A stretch of DNA of 64,000 nucleotides from Dehalococcoidia bacterium (GCA_963667465.2 CAXXDN010000002.1:256001-320000); one strand, 5' to 3'; counted from the stretch's first letter, positions 29,992-40,060 are shown. Notes: generated by a model not told the origin, from the sequence alone. Made by a program: numbers and translations.

Positions 29992-30704
29992 CCGCGTCCG
30001 CTCGCGGCGGCGAGCAGCACTCTGGATCCGAATTCATCGAGCGCTTCGAGTCGCCCTCGCGGCGCATCCACTGGACGCTCGGCAGCCTCTACGTGCTGCT
30101 GCTGCTGAGCGGCGTCACCAACTTCTGGCCGGAGGCGAAGGCGCTGCAGTTCGTCGACGTGCGGGTCTTCGCCTGGCTGCACGTCGTGCTTGGCTGGGCG
30201 TTCGTGGCCGGCCTCGCGGCCGTGCTCGGCCCGCTGCTCGCGCCCACGCCGGCCGGGCATGCGCTGCGCGCCGACCTGCGGGCGCTGACGCGCGCGGGCG
30301 TCGACGACTACCTGTGGCTCCAGCATCTGGCGCTGCGCACGCTGCGATCGCCCTCGACGCCGCCGCCCGTCGGCAAGTTCAACGCCGGGCAGAAGCTCAA
30401 CGCGCTCGCCTCGCTGACGCTCAGCCTGGGGCTGGCGGCCAGCGGGGCGGTGCTGGGGGTGAACTACATGACGAAGTCCGTGTTCGGGGTCGGCTTCGTC
30501 GAGAGCGTCTTCCCGTGGCATACGGCGCTCGGCCTGCTGGCGATCCCGCCGCTGATCGCGCACCTCTACCTCGCCCTGCTGCATCCCGCCACGCGCGAGT
30601 CCCTGCGCGGCATGGTCCTCGGGCGCGTGCGGCGCGACTGGGCCCGCGAGCACCACCCTGCGTGGGTCGACGAGGTCGAGCGGGCCGAGGGACGAGAGGA
30701 CTAG
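29976..30704 (+). CDS. Di-heme cytochrome b (FdnI-like) membrane partner
   Basis: RIHW, WLHV, GKFNAGQK, WHT..AHLY, WAREHH. Confidence 0.85.
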   Translation: MDRGLTASARGGEQHSGSEFIERFESPSRRIHWTLGSLYVLLLLSGVTNFWPEAKALQFVDVRVFAWLHVVLGWAFVAGLAAVLGPLLAPTPAGHALRADLRALTRAGVDDYLWLQHLALRTLRSPSTPPPVGKFNAGQKLNALASLTLSLGLAASGAVLGVNYMTKSVFGVGFVESVFPWHTALGLLAIPPLIAHLYLALLHPATRESLRGMVLGRVRRDWAREHHPAWVDEVERAEGRED

Positions 30705-31630
30705 CCGACCAGCAACACGTCGACGGCGACCGAGGCGAAGAGCAGCACCAGGTAGGCGATCGAGTAGTGGAAGAGCGGCATCGCGTCCGCGATGCCCTCG
30801 CTGCGCGCGAGCCGGATCGCGAGGTAGAGGAAGGCCGCGCCCCCGCCGACGGCGGTCAGGAAGTAGATCAGGGAGAGGCCGGCGACGAGGGTGAAGGCGA
30901 GCGTGAGACCGATCAGCATCAGCGTGTAGAGCACGATCTGGCGCTTCGTCTCCGCCTCGCCGCGCACGACGGGCAGCATCGGCACGCCCGCCCGCTCGTA
31001 GTCGTCGGAGAAGACGAGGGCAAGCGCCCAGAAGTGCGGGGGCGTCCAGTAGAAGACGATCAGGAACAGGAAGAGCGGCTCGATCCCGACCTGGCTGGTG
31101 ACGGCGGCCCAGCCGATCACCGGCGGGGCTGCGCCGGCCGCACCGCCGAGCACGATGTTCTGGGTGGTGCTGCGCTTCAGGTAGTAGCTGTAGACCAGCA
31201 CGTAGAAACCGAGCGCGCCCATCGCGAGCGCGGCCGCGAGCAGGTTCACCGTCAGGCTCAACCAGATCGCCGAGACCGCTCCGAGCGCGAGCCCGAACAG
31301 GAGGGCACGCGAGGGCGTCACGTTGCCCCTCGGCAGTGGGCGGGCGCTGGTGCGTGCCATCACCTCGTCGATATCGCGGTCGGCCACCTGGTTGATCGCG
31401 TTCGCGCCGCCGGCGGCGAGCGTCCCCCCGATCAGGGTGGCGATGATCAGCCAGGTCGAGGGCCAGCCCCGCTCGGCGAGCACCATCGCGGGCACGGTCG
31501 TGACCAGCAGCAGCCAGATGATGCGCGGCTTGGCCAGCGCGACGTAGGCGCGCACCGTCTGTCGCACTGTCTGTGGCAGCGAGCGCGACTCCGTGGCTTT
31601 GGCGCCCGCGACGGACGCCTCGTTACGCAC
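30701..31630 (-). CDS. ctaB: Protoheme IX farnesyltransferase (heme O synthase)
   Basis: KPRII, DRDID.VMART..RP, WTPPHFWALA, GVPMLP. Confidence 0.95.
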   Translation of the reverse strand: MRNEASVAGAKATESRSLPQTVRQTVRAYVALAKPRIIWLLLVTTVPAMVLAERGWPSTWLIIATLIGGTLAAGGANAINQVADRDIDEVMARTSARPLPRGNVTPSRALLFGLALGAVSAIWLSLTVNLLAAALAMGALGFYVLVYSYYLKRSTTQNIVLGGAAGAAPPVIGWAAVTSQVGIEPLFLFLIVFYWTPPHFWALALVFSDDYERAGVPMLPVVRGEAETKRQIVLYTLMLIGLTLAFTLVAGLSLIYFLTAVGGGAAFLYLAIRLARSEGIADAMPLFHYSIAYLVLLFASVAVDVLLVG

Positions 31631-32573
31631 GGGCGGTGTCTCGCCCGCTCGCCAGCGTTGCGGGCGAGTGGGCTGTGGCGCTGCGGCCGGGGAGGTAGAG
31701 GGCGGCCGCGACGATCAGCACGCAGAGCCCCCAGGTTGCCGCGGCGCCGGCGAGGTGCACCGTGCGCACGGCGCTTGAGAAGTCGGTCCAGATGTTCGCC
31801 GCGCCAACCAGCATCTGCAAGGCATAGAGCGCGCCGAGGCCCCATGCCGCCGTGCGTAGCAGGTCGTCCTCGTCCGGCAGGTCGCGCGCGTGCCAGATCA
31901 GCCGCAGCACGCCGATGAAGGCGGCGAGCACGAGCAGGCGGTGCATCCAGTGGACGTGCTGTGCGCGCAGCCCGTCGAGGAAGGGCGCGGGCGCCTCCGG
32001 ACAGCCCGGCCAGCTGCTGCACGCGTCCGTCGCGTCCGCTCCGACGACGTACGAGCCGCCGATCAGCGCGACGGCGACCAGCACCGTGGTGGAGATCGAG
32101 ACCCGCAGGTACATCGCGCGTCGCGGGTCCTCGAGGCGGCGGCGCTCCGGCCCGAGGAAAGCAAACGCGGCGATCAGCGCGAGCACGGCTAGCAGCAGCA
32201 GCGCCCCGCTCAGGTGCAGCGTGACGATCTCGGCGGGCAGCTCGCGCTCGACCGTCACCTTGCCGAGCCAGGCCTGGAGCGCCAGCAGCGGCAGCGAAGC
32301 GATCGCCAGATTGCGCAGCGCACGGTCCCGGCGATGGAGCCGCAGCGTGACGGCGGCAGTCGCGACAATGAGCAGGCCGACGATCGCCGCCGCCGTGCGG
32401 TGCGTGTACTCGATGATCGCGGTCCGCTCCGCGGGCGGGATGAGCTGGCCGTGGCAGAGCGGCCAGTCCGGGCAGCCGAGGCCGGAGCCGGTGGTCCGCA
32501 CGATCGCGCCGATCGCGATCAGCACCAGCGTCGCGCCGACGGTGACGGCGGCCAGCCGCTGGTAGCGCGTCAC
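31623..32573 (-). CDS. ctaA: Heme A synthase
   Basis: GSGLGCPDWPLCHG, EYTHR, HWMHR. Confidence 0.92.
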   Translation of the reverse strand: MTRYQRLAAVTVGATLVLIAIGAIVRTTGSGLGCPDWPLCHGQLIPPAERTAIIEYTHRTAAAIVGLLIVATAAVTLRLHRRDRALRNLAIASLPLLALQAWLGKVTVERELPAEIVTLHLSGALLLLAVLALIAAFAFLGPERRRLEDPRRAMYLRVSISTTVLVAVALIGGSYVVGADATDACSSWPGCPEAPAPFLDGLRAQHVHWMHRLLVLAAFIGVLRLIWHARDLPDEDDLLRTAAWGLGALYALQMLVGAANIWTDFSSAVRTVHLAGAAATWGLCVLIVAAALYLPGRSATAHSPATLASGRDTARA

Positions 32574-32749
32574 TGCGCCTCGTCCTTCTCCGCCTCCTCG
32601 CCCTCGGCCTCGGCCTCGGCGAGGCGCTCCTCGAGGCGCTGGACCTCGCGCTGCACGGAGCGCAGCCGCGCCTGCAGCCAGAGCAGGTAGACGAAGAGCC
32701 CGGCCCAGAACACGGCGAAGCCGGCGAAGAGGAACTCGAGGAAGTCCAT
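32570..32749 (-). CDS. ccmD: CcmD-like heme exporter protein
   Basis: 59 aa, one TM plus charged coil, directly after ccmC. Confidence 0.75.
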   Translation of the reverse strand: MDFLEFLFAGFAVFWAGLFVYLLWLQARLRSVQREVQRLEERLAEAEAEGEEAEKDEAQ

Positions 32750-33549
32750 CAGGCTGCCCCGCTCCGTTGCGCCTCGCGGCGGTCGATCTCGGTGCGCAGG
32801 TCGTCGCTGCGCACGCCGATCTGCTCGACCTCGGAGCGCAGCGCCACCAGCCACAGCGCGAGCAGCGTGATCGCCACCATGCCGAGCAGCAGTACCGCAA
32901 GCATCGAGTCCGGCAGTGTCTGGCTGCCGGGCAGGCGCGTCACGATCGGGTCGGGGTGCAGGGTGCGCCACCAGCGCACGGAGAGGTTGACGATCGGGAT
33001 ATCGACGAAGCCGATGATCGCGAAGACCGCGGCGTAGCGGGCCGCCTGCACGTCGGTGCGCTCGGAGAGGCTGCGAGCCAGCAGGTAGCCGGCGTAGATC
33101 AGCAGCAGCACGAGGGTGCTTGTCAGGCGCGCGTCCCAGGCCCACCACACGCCCCAGATCGGCTTGCCCCAGATTGCGCCCGTGGCCAGCGTGAGCGCCG
33201 TGAACAGCACGCCCACGCTGGCCGCCGCCCGCGCGACCGCGTCGAAGCGCAGGTTGCGCGTCCAGAGCAGCGCGATTGAGGCGACGAACACGACGAAGAA
33301 GCAGAGATAGGCGGCAATCGCCGAGGGCACGTGGATGTAGAAGATGCGCTGCACCTCGCCCTCGATCGCCTCGCGCGGCGCGACGATCACGGCGCCGACG
33401 AGCATCGCGAGCATGAACGCGCCGGTGAGCGGCGGCAGCAGCGTCCAGCGCGCGTCGTACAGGGCCAGCATGGGACGCAGGGCGGCCAGGGCCCAGCGGG
33501 CCGCCGTGCCCCGCGAGGCGGTGTCGGCGGTGGGGGTCTGCGCGCTCAT
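32749..33549 (-). CDS. ccmC: Heme exporter protein C
   Basis: RIFYIHVP, WGKPIWGVWWAWDARLT, WWRTLHP. Confidence 0.95.
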   Translation of the reverse strand: MSAQTPTADTASRGTAARWALAALRPMLALYDARWTLLPPLTGAFMLAMLVGAVIVAPREAIEGEVQRIFYIHVPSAIAAYLCFFVVFVASIALLWTRNLRFDAVARAAASVGVLFTALTLATGAIWGKPIWGVWWAWDARLTSTLVLLLIYAGYLLARSLSERTDVQAARYAAVFAIIGFVDIPIVNLSVRWWRTLHPDPIVTRLPGSQTLPDSMLAVLLLGMVAITLLALWLVALRSEVEQIGVRSDDLRTEIDRREAQRSGAA

Positions 33550-34202
33550 TGCTCCGCCACGAAGGGGAACAGCAGGACACTGCCGAGGGCGGTCCACGCG
33601 GTGAAGACGGCGAGCAGCAGTAGCCAGGGCTCGCCGCCCGTCGGCAGATCGAGCGCGCCGCCCGTCGCGTGCACGGCGGCGATCAGCAGCGGCGTGAGCA
33701 GCGGCAACGCGAGTACGGGGATCAGCACCTCGCGCGAACGCACGCGGCTCCCGAGGGTGGAGAGCAGCGTAGTCAGGCTGACGTAGCCGAGCGTGCCGAG
33801 GACCATGATCGCGATCAGCTCCACGCTGAGCAGGGCGGTGTTGAAGAGGATAGTCGCCATCACCAGTACGGCCACCTCGATCAGCAGCAGCGCGAGCAGA
33901 TTGCTGATCAGCTTCGCCCCGTAGATCGCCGTGCGCGGCGCGGGGGCGACCAGCAGCGCGTCGAACGTGCCCTGCTCCGCCTCGGCCGCGAACGAGCGCC
34001 CGCTGGCGATGATCCCGGCGAAGAGGAACGTCACCCAGAGCACGCCCGGCAGCAGCGGCTTCACCTCGCCCGTCGCGAGGTCGAGGGCGAACGAGTAGGT
34101 CAGGACGCTGATCGCGGCGAAGGTCGCCGCGGAGAGCCAGCCGGACCGTTGCCGCCAGAGCAGCCGCAGATCCTTGAGCAGCACGGCAGTGGTTGCGTTC
34201 AT
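33546..34202 (-). CDS. ccmB: Heme exporter protein B
   Basis: KDLRL, E.EQGTFDALL, LIPVLALPL. Confidence 0.9.
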   Translation of the reverse strand: MNATTAVLLKDLRLLWRQRSGWLSAATFAAISVLTYSFALDLATGEVKPLLPGVLWVTFLFAGIIASGRSFAAEAEQGTFDALLVAPAPRTAIYGAKLISNLLALLLIEVAVLVMATILFNTALLSVELIAIMVLGTLGYVSLTTLLSTLGSRVRSREVLIPVLALPLLTPLLIAAVHATGGALDLPTGGEPWLLLLAVFTAWTALGSVLLFPFVAEQ

Positions 34203-34873
34203 CGCGCAGCTCCCGCCGCAGCCCGGGACGCTTGCACGACCGCGCGGCCGGCGAGGAGTCGCCCGCGCTCCAGTTCCAGCACGCCGTCCGCCCAGGAGGA
34301 AACGCGCTCCCGCAGGTGCGTGGCGGCCAGGACGGTCAGGCCCGGCGCGTGCAGCACCAGCCGGTTGAGCACCTCGAGCGCCTCGCGGTCGAGGCCGGTC
34401 TCCGGCTCGTCGAGCAGCAGCACGGGTGGGCGGTGCAGCAGCGCGCGGGCGATCGCGAGCCGCTGGTGGTAGCCGCGCGAGAGCACGGCGGTGGGCTCGT
34501 CGCGGCGCAGCCACAGCCCCACCGCGCGCAACAGCTCCTCGACCCGCGCCCCGGCGTCGGCCACCGAGTAGAGGCGGGCGAAGAAGCGCAGGTTCTCCTC
34601 CGGCGTCAGCTCCTCGTAGAGCATCGGCTGATGCGTCAGCACCCCGATCGAGGCGCGCAGCGCCGAGCCATCCGAGGCGAGGTCGTGCCCGGCGACGGTC
34701 GCCTCGCCCTCGTTCGGCGAGAGCAGGGTGGAGAGCAGCGCGAGCAGCGTCGTCTTGCCCGCGCCGTTCGCGCCGAGCAGCGCGACCTTCGCGCCCTCGG
34801 CGACCTCGAACGAGACGTGGTCGACGGCGAGCGCGCTCCCGAAGCGCTTCGTCAGCCCGCGCGCCTCGATCAC
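34199..34873 (-). CDS. ccmA: Heme exporter ATPase
   Basis: GANGAGKTT, LSRG, LLLDEP. Confidence 0.9.
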   Translation of the reverse strand: MIEARGLTKRFGSALAVDHVSFEVAEGAKVALLGANGAGKTTLLALLSTLLSPNEGEATVAGHDLASDGSALRASIGVLTHQPMLYEELTPEENLRFFARLYSVADAGARVEELLRAVGLWLRRDEPTAVLSRGYHQRLAIARALLHRPPVLLLDEPETGLDREALEVLNRLVLHAPGLTVLAATHLRERVSSWADGVLELERGRLLAGRAVVQASRAAAGAAR

Positions 34874-35892
34874 GCGGAGCCCCCGGCGCCCGCGCGCCGC
34901 AGGCCGGCGCGTAGCAGCAGCGCCCCGCCGCCGGTCACGAGGAGCGCGAGCAGCACCCCGGCGAGCGCGCCGCCCCTGTCGGTCAGCGGGTTAGCGGCGT
35001 TGCGCCCCGCCAGCCCCTCAAGGCGCACGCTGACGCTCTCGCCGGGCCTTGCCGCCGGGCGCACGATCACCTCGACGCGCTCCGTCGCGACTTCGCGCGA
35101 GTCCGCTCGCTCGCTTGCGCCGAGCGGCTCGAGGTCCTGGACGAAACGGCCGGGCACTTCGATCTCCATGCGCCCTGTCGGGAACGGCGCGGTGATGCGC
35201 AGGGTGTAGGCGTCTGCGGCGCGATCGTAGCCGACCACGTAGCGCGTGACGACCGAGGTGACGCCGGGCCGCAGCGCAGTCGTCGCGGCGATCACCCCGC
35301 CCTCGATCACGAAGCCGCTGTCCGTCCCCGCGCCGGAGGCCGCAACCACGCCGTCGGGCAGCGGCAGCCGCAGCGTGACGCCCTCCGCGTCGCCGACGTA
35401 GATGCGGTCGCCGGGGTTCGTCACCTCGTCGGTGCGCTCGATCGTCAGCTGCGCGGCTGCGCGGTCGAGCGCCAGCAGTGTCACCAGCGTCGCCTCGATG
35501 CGCAGGCCGGGGCGTTCGCGGGTCGCCTCGTAGATCGTGAGCTCGACGTCCGTCGTCGGGAGTTCGCGGGAGAGCAACAGGGGCGGCGAGAGGTACTGCA
35601 CGCCCTGGTACTCGGCGCGCACGACGTAGGTGCGCTGCGGATCGGCGGGCGCCTCGAACAGGAACGTGCCGCCCGCGCCGCTCACGGTCTGCACCGTCTC
35701 CAGACCACTGGCGCCGCCGAGGATGATCAGTTCCACGGCGATGTGCTCGGGAGCGGGGGCGCCTGCGCTGCCCTGCACCAGCGTCCCTCGGATCTCGCCG
35801 TCGGGCGTCTGCCCCGACGCCGGCGGAGCAAGGCCCGCCGGCGCGCCGCCGAGGAGGAGCGCGAGCAGCAGCAGCAGCGCCGTCCGGATCAC
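34870..35892 (-). CDS. Secreted beta-sandwich protein with C-terminal TM anchor in ccm cluster
   Basis: Signal peptide, YVVRAEYQGVQY, C-terminal TM; translationally coupled. Confidence 0.7.
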   Translation of the reverse strand: MIRTALLLLLALLLGGAPAGLAPPASGQTPDGEIRGTLVQGSAGAPAPEHIAVELIILGGASGLETVQTVSGAGGTFLFEAPADPQRTYVVRAEYQGVQYLSPPLLLSRELPTTDVELTIYEATRERPGLRIEATLVTLLALDRAAAQLTIERTDEVTNPGDRIYVGDAEGVTLRLPLPDGVVAASGAGTDSGFVIEGGVIAATTALRPGVTSVVTRYVVGYDRAADAYTLRITAPFPTGRMEIEVPGRFVQDLEPLGASERADSREVATERVEVIVRPAARPGESVSVRLEGLAGRNAANPLTDRGGALAGVLLALLVTGGGALLLRAGLRRAGAGGSA

Positions 35893-36176
35893 GCCCGTGC
35901 GCGCACGTCGTCGCCCTCCGCGCGCAGCGTCTCGGTCAGCTCGCGCAGGCGGGGCGCGAGTGCGCGCCGCCCGGTGAGCCGTTCTCCGGGCGAGATGCGG
36001 CCGCTCGCCGCGTCGTCGTCCAGTTCGCGCAGCTCCGCGAGCAGCCGCGCGCGCTCCTCGCGCAGCGCCTCCAGCGAGGGCGCCTCGGCGGCCGGCAGAG
36101 CGGGCGCGCGGCGCAGGGGCAGGCCGATCAGCAGCGCCGCCAGCGTGGCGAACAGCAGCAGCACCAGCCACTCCAT
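35889..36176 (-). CDS. CcmI N-terminal-like small membrane protein
   Basis: TM then LLAELRELDDD...GRISP. Confidence 0.7.
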   Translation of the reverse strand: MEWLVLLLFATLAALLIGLPLRRAPALPAAEAPSLEALREERARLLAELRELDDDAASGRISPGERLTGRRALAPRLRELTETLRAEGDDVRARA

Positions 36177-36700
36177 CAGGCGTCGCCTCCCCGCTCGGCG
36201 CCCGCGTCGAGCTGTTCGTCGAGCCAGCGCTCGTCGACCTCGGACGGCGCTCCGGCTGCGGCGAGGGGGCGCGCGCTGCGCCGCAGCCGCCACAGCGTCA
36301 TGCCGCCCCCGAGGCCGACGAGCAGGATCGAGCCGCCGACCCAGCCGAAGAGCACGAGGTTGAAGCCCGACCGCGGCAGATCCGCAAGCACGCGGTCGCC
36401 GAAGCGGGTGGAGAAGAAGAGCAGCACGTCGTCGTTGTTCGCGCCCGCCGCGAGCTGGTCGCGGATCTCGCGGCGCATGTCGTGGCAGACCTGCAACTCG
36501 CAGTGGTCGAGGCGCAGGTTCGTGCACTTTGGGCAGAGCAGCTGGCGCTCGAGCTGCAGCGCCTGCGCCTCCGGGTCCGGCTCGCTCGCCGAGCCCTCGC
36601 CGGGGGGCGCGATCGCCAGCAGCGCCGCCAGCGCGACGATGGCGATCGCCGCGACCGCCGCCGCGCCGAGCCCGATCCGCCGTCGCGCGGCCGGGTGCAG
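36176..36700 (-). CDS. ccmH: Cytochrome c biogenesis protein CcmH (apparent CTG start)
   Basis: Frame extends upstream of the track start: signal/TM, LLCPKC, MRREIRDQL, RFGDRVL; SD GGAGG six nt before CTG. Confidence 0.85.
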   Translation of the reverse strand: MHPAARRRIGLGAAAVAAIAIVALAALLAIAPPGEGSASEPDPEAQALQLERQLLCPKCTNLRLDHCELQVCHDMRREIRDQLAAGANNDDVLLFFSTRFGDRVLADLPRSGFNLVLFGWVGGSILLVGLGGGMTLWRLRRSARPLAAAGAPSEVDERWLDEQLDAGAERGGDA

Positions 36701-36701
36701 C

Positions 36702-38717
36702 TCAGGCCTCCGAGACCGGGCTGGCCGCGCCGGACGCTGGCGCCTCGCGGCGCTGCCTCGCGGGAGCGTTCACGGGTGCGAAGACCACGAGGCCGCCCGC
36801 GATGTAGACGCCTGCCCCGATCCAGAGCCAGAGCATCAGCGGGTTCACGAAGGCGCTGATCTCCGCGACGCCCTCGCTGTCCCAGCCCTGCAGGAAGACG
36901 TAGAGGTCCTCGCGCAGCCCCGTCTCGATGTCCACCTTCGTGAGCGGCACGCCAGGGAAGTTGGGGAAGAAGCGCCGCCCCGGTTCGAGCACGGCGACGA
37001 ACTCCCCGCCGTCCTGCACGCGCAGCAGCGACACCACCTCGGACTCGATCCCGTTCGCCAGGTCCGTACGCTCGCGCAGCCCGATGTACTCCACCGAGTA
37101 GCGCCCGATCTCGAACGACTCGCCGGGCGCGACCAGCGCGCGCGTCTGCTCCTGGTAGACGCTGGAGGAGACGGCGGCGATCGCCATCACGGCCAGCCCG
37201 AGGTGCACCAGGTAGCCGCCGTAGCGCCGCCGGTCGCGCTCGAACAGCGCCAGCACGGCGGCGGGCCAGTGCCGCCCGCTCGCCGCCCGCAGCGCGCGCG
37301 CCCCGAGCGCGAACTCGCGCAGCGTGACGTAGAGCAGCACTGTGGCGGAGATCAGCCCGGCGAGCGCGTAGCGGTCGCGCACGCCGAGCGTGACGAGGAG
37401 CGCGAGGCTCAGCAGCGCCACGGCCACGGGCCCTCGGAAGCGGCGCAGCAGCGTGACGCGGGCGGCGCGGCGCCACGGCAGCACCGTGCCGATCGCCATC
37501 AGCACCAGCAGCGCGACGAGCAACGGGCCGACGACGTCGTTGTAGAACGGCGCGGAGACGGTGATGCGCGCGTCCTGCAGCAGCTCCGAGAAGACCGGGA
37601 AGAGTGTCCCGCCAAGCACGATCAGCGCGATCACCGTGAACAGGTAGTTGTTCACGATCAGCGAGCTCTCCCGCGAGGCCAGCGACTCGAAGTCGTGGTC
37701 CGCCTGCAGCCGCCCGCTGCGCAGCGCCAGCAACACGACCGAGCCGAGCAGGGTCAGCCCGAGCAGCGCGAGGAAGTACGGGCCCACGTCGGAGACGGCG
37801 AACGAGTGCACGGAGGCGACAAGCCCGCTGCGCACGTTGAACGTCCCGAAGACGGCGAGCGCGAACGCCGCCAGCACGAGTGCGAGGTTCCACAGCTTCA
37901 GCATTCCGCGCCGCTCCTGGACCATCATCGAGTGCACGAACGCGGTCATCGGCAGCAGCGGCAGGATCGCCGAGTTCTCGACCGGGTCCCAGCCCCAGTA
38001 GCCGCCCCAGCCGAGCGTGGTGTAGGCCCAGAAGGCGCCGAGCAGGTTGCCGATGCTGAGCAGCAGCCAGGAGAGCAGCGCCCAGTGCCGCACGCTGCGC
38101 AGCCAGCGCCCATCGATCCGCCCGGACAGCAGCGCCGCCGCCCCAAGGGCGAAGGGCACCGCGGTGCTGACCAGCCCGGCGAGCATGAACGGCGGGTGGA
38201 CCAGCATCGAGCGGTCGACGAGCAGGGGATTGAGGCCGACGCCGTCCTCGGGTGTGACGGGGCTGACCTCGAAGGGCGAGGCGAGGAAGGCGACGGGCAG
38301 CAGGAAGGCGGCGAGGATGCCGCCGCTGATCGCCACCGCCTGCGCTGAGCCCCAGGGAATGCGCGGTACGGTCAGCAGCGCGAAGGCGGCGAGGAAGAGC
38401 GAGAGCAGCCACGTCCAGAACAGCAGCGAACCCGGCTGCCCACTGTAGAGCGAGGCCCACTTCATGTGCGGCAGCATCTCGCTCGATGAGACCTGCGCGA
38501 CGTGCGTCAGCGAGAAGTCGTCGTTGAGCAGCGCGTAGGCCAGCGTCCCGATCGCCAGCGTGGTGAAGCCGGCCGCGACCGGCAGCGCTCGCCGCGCCGC
38601 GCGCAGCAGCTCCGGCCGCTCGCGCAGGCTGGCCGCGAGCGCGGCGCCGAGGGCAAACAGCGCCGCCGCGAGCGCGGTCAGCACGGCGGCGGCTCCGATG
38701 GTGGCGGTGAGGTTCAT
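36702..38717 (-). CDS. ccmF: Heme lyase CcmF
   Basis: HPP, WAY..LGWGGYWGWDPVEN, SVHSFA, HLG. Confidence 0.96.
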   Translation of the reverse strand: MNLTATIGAAAVLTALAAALFALGAALAASLRERPELLRAARRALPVAAGFTTLAIGTLAYALLNDDFSLTHVAQVSSSEMLPHMKWASLYSGQPGSLLFWTWLLSLFLAAFALLTVPRIPWGSAQAVAISGGILAAFLLPVAFLASPFEVSPVTPEDGVGLNPLLVDRSMLVHPPFMLAGLVSTAVPFALGAAALLSGRIDGRWLRSVRHWALLSWLLLSIGNLLGAFWAYTTLGWGGYWGWDPVENSAILPLLPMTAFVHSMMVQERRGMLKLWNLALVLAAFALAVFGTFNVRSGLVASVHSFAVSDVGPYFLALLGLTLLGSVVLLALRSGRLQADHDFESLASRESSLIVNNYLFTVIALIVLGGTLFPVFSELLQDARITVSAPFYNDVVGPLLVALLVLMAIGTVLPWRRAARVTLLRRFRGPVAVALLSLALLVTLGVRDRYALAGLISATVLLYVTLREFALGARALRAASGRHWPAAVLALFERDRRRYGGYLVHLGLAVMAIAAVSSSVYQEQTRALVAPGESFEIGRYSVEYIGLRERTDLANGIESEVVSLLRVQDGGEFVAVLEPGRRFFPNFPGVPLTKVDIETGLREDLYVFLQGWDSEGVAEISAFVNPLMLWLWIGAGVYIAGGLVVFAPVNAPARQRREAPASGAASPVSEA

Positions 38718-38741
38718 GCGGGCGGCCTCGCGTTCGCCTCG

Positions 38742-39185
38742 TCAGGGCGCCGCGATCGAGGCGTCTTCGGCGTCGGTCACGAACTCCGGCTCATGCCGGA
38801 TGATCACGCTCGTCGCCTGTAGCAGCCCCTCGCCGGCGGCGACGCCCTCGACGACCACGAAGGCGCGCGGCGTGAACAGGTCGGGGACGATGCCGTCGTA
38901 CTCGATGCGCATCGTCTCGCCCTCTTCGCCCTCGATCACCCAGCTCACGGGGCGGCCGTTCTCCTCGACGATTGTGCCGTCGACGACGCGCCCGCCGACC
39001 CGCCAGCGGCGGCCCTCGGCGTCGATCTCCTGGGCGAACTCCTCGGGCGTGGTGTAGTAGGCGCCGTCGAAGGCCTGCACCGCCATCGCCGTGATCGCGG
39101 CGGTCGCGATCACGAGGATCGCGACGAGGCGGCCTCGCCGGCTGGCGAGCGGGCCGTTGCTGACGAGGTTGCCGAGTCTGCTCAT
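38742..39185 (-). CDS. ccmE: Heme chaperone CcmE (HxxxF variant)
   Basis: YYTTP, RVGGRV, YDGIVPDLF, VVVEG, RHEPEF. Confidence 0.88.
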   Translation of the reverse strand: MSRLGNLVSNGPLASRRGRLVAILVIATAAITAMAVQAFDGAYYTTPEEFAQEIDAEGRRWRVGGRVVDGTIVEENGRPVSWVIEGEEGETMRIEYDGIVPDLFTPRAFVVVEGVAAGEGLLQATSVIIRHEPEFVTDAEDASIAAP

Positions 39186-39231
39186 CGCTCTCGCTTCGCT
39201 GCCCCGGCGGCGCGCGCTGGCCGGTACTCGC

Positions 39232-39825
39232 TCATGACTCGGAGCCGCCACCGGCCGAGATGATCGCTTCCAGCATCGCGCGGAACTCGCTTTCGCGCAG
39301 TTCCCCCAGGAACTTGTGCTGCACCTGCAGCCCCGGCGAGAGGAAGTACGCCTCCGGCACGCCGTTCACGCCGAACTCCAGGTAGACCTCGCCGGCGGCA
39401 TCCACCAGCGAGGGGAACGTCAGCCCGTGGCGCTCGACGAAGCGCCGCGCCTCGCGCTCGCTGTCGAGGATATTGACCCCGAGGAAGGCGTAGCCGCGAG
39501 CCTCGAACTCTCTCCAGAGCTGCTCGATCAGCGGCGCCTCGCGCTCGCAGGGCGCGCACCAGGAGGCCCAGAAGTAGAGAAAGATCGGCCCGTCGGCGTA
39601 GTCCGCGATGGCGACCTCGCCGCCGCCGAGCGCGGGGAGGCTGAACTCGGCCGCGCGCTCGATGCCGGGATCGACCGCGCCGAGCGGGTCCCGCCCGACA
39701 TCGCGCAGCGAGGCGATCGCCAGCACGGCGATCAGCGCGAGCGCGGCGGAGCCGACGCCGATCACCAGCAGCCTGCCGTGGAGCGAGCGTGCGAACGTCC
39801 GCGCGGCCGCGATGATCATCGTCAC
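39232..39825 (-). CDS. TlpA/CcmG thiol-disulfide oxidoreductase
   Basis: TM anchor, FWASWCAPC, GVPE; start uncertain. Confidence 0.9.
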   Translation of the reverse strand: MTMIIAAARTFARSLHGRLLVIGVGSAALALIAVLAIASLRDVGRDPLGAVDPGIERAAEFSLPALGGGEVAIADYADGPIFLYFWASWCAPCEREAPLIEQLWREFEARGYAFLGVNILDSEREARRFVERHGLTFPSLVDAAGEVYLEFGVNGVPEAYFLSPGLQVQHKFLGELRESEFRAMLEAIISAGGGSES

Positions 39826-40060
39826 ACCTGCTTCGCCGGAGCGCCTCGACACGGCGTTTCATCGGACGGAATCGGCTCGCCAGTGGCGTCCGAAACGGCT
39901 CCCGAGCGTCGCGGGAGGGCCCCGCGAGAGTTGCGCCGGGGCGCTCGTCGACCCGCTTCGCGCTTGACCCCGACACGGCCCAATGATAGCCATAGCTTCG
40001 CGTTGGGGGATCGCGCGCATTGTGCTCGCTGAGCGCGTGCGATTGACGGAGGGAGCCCCG

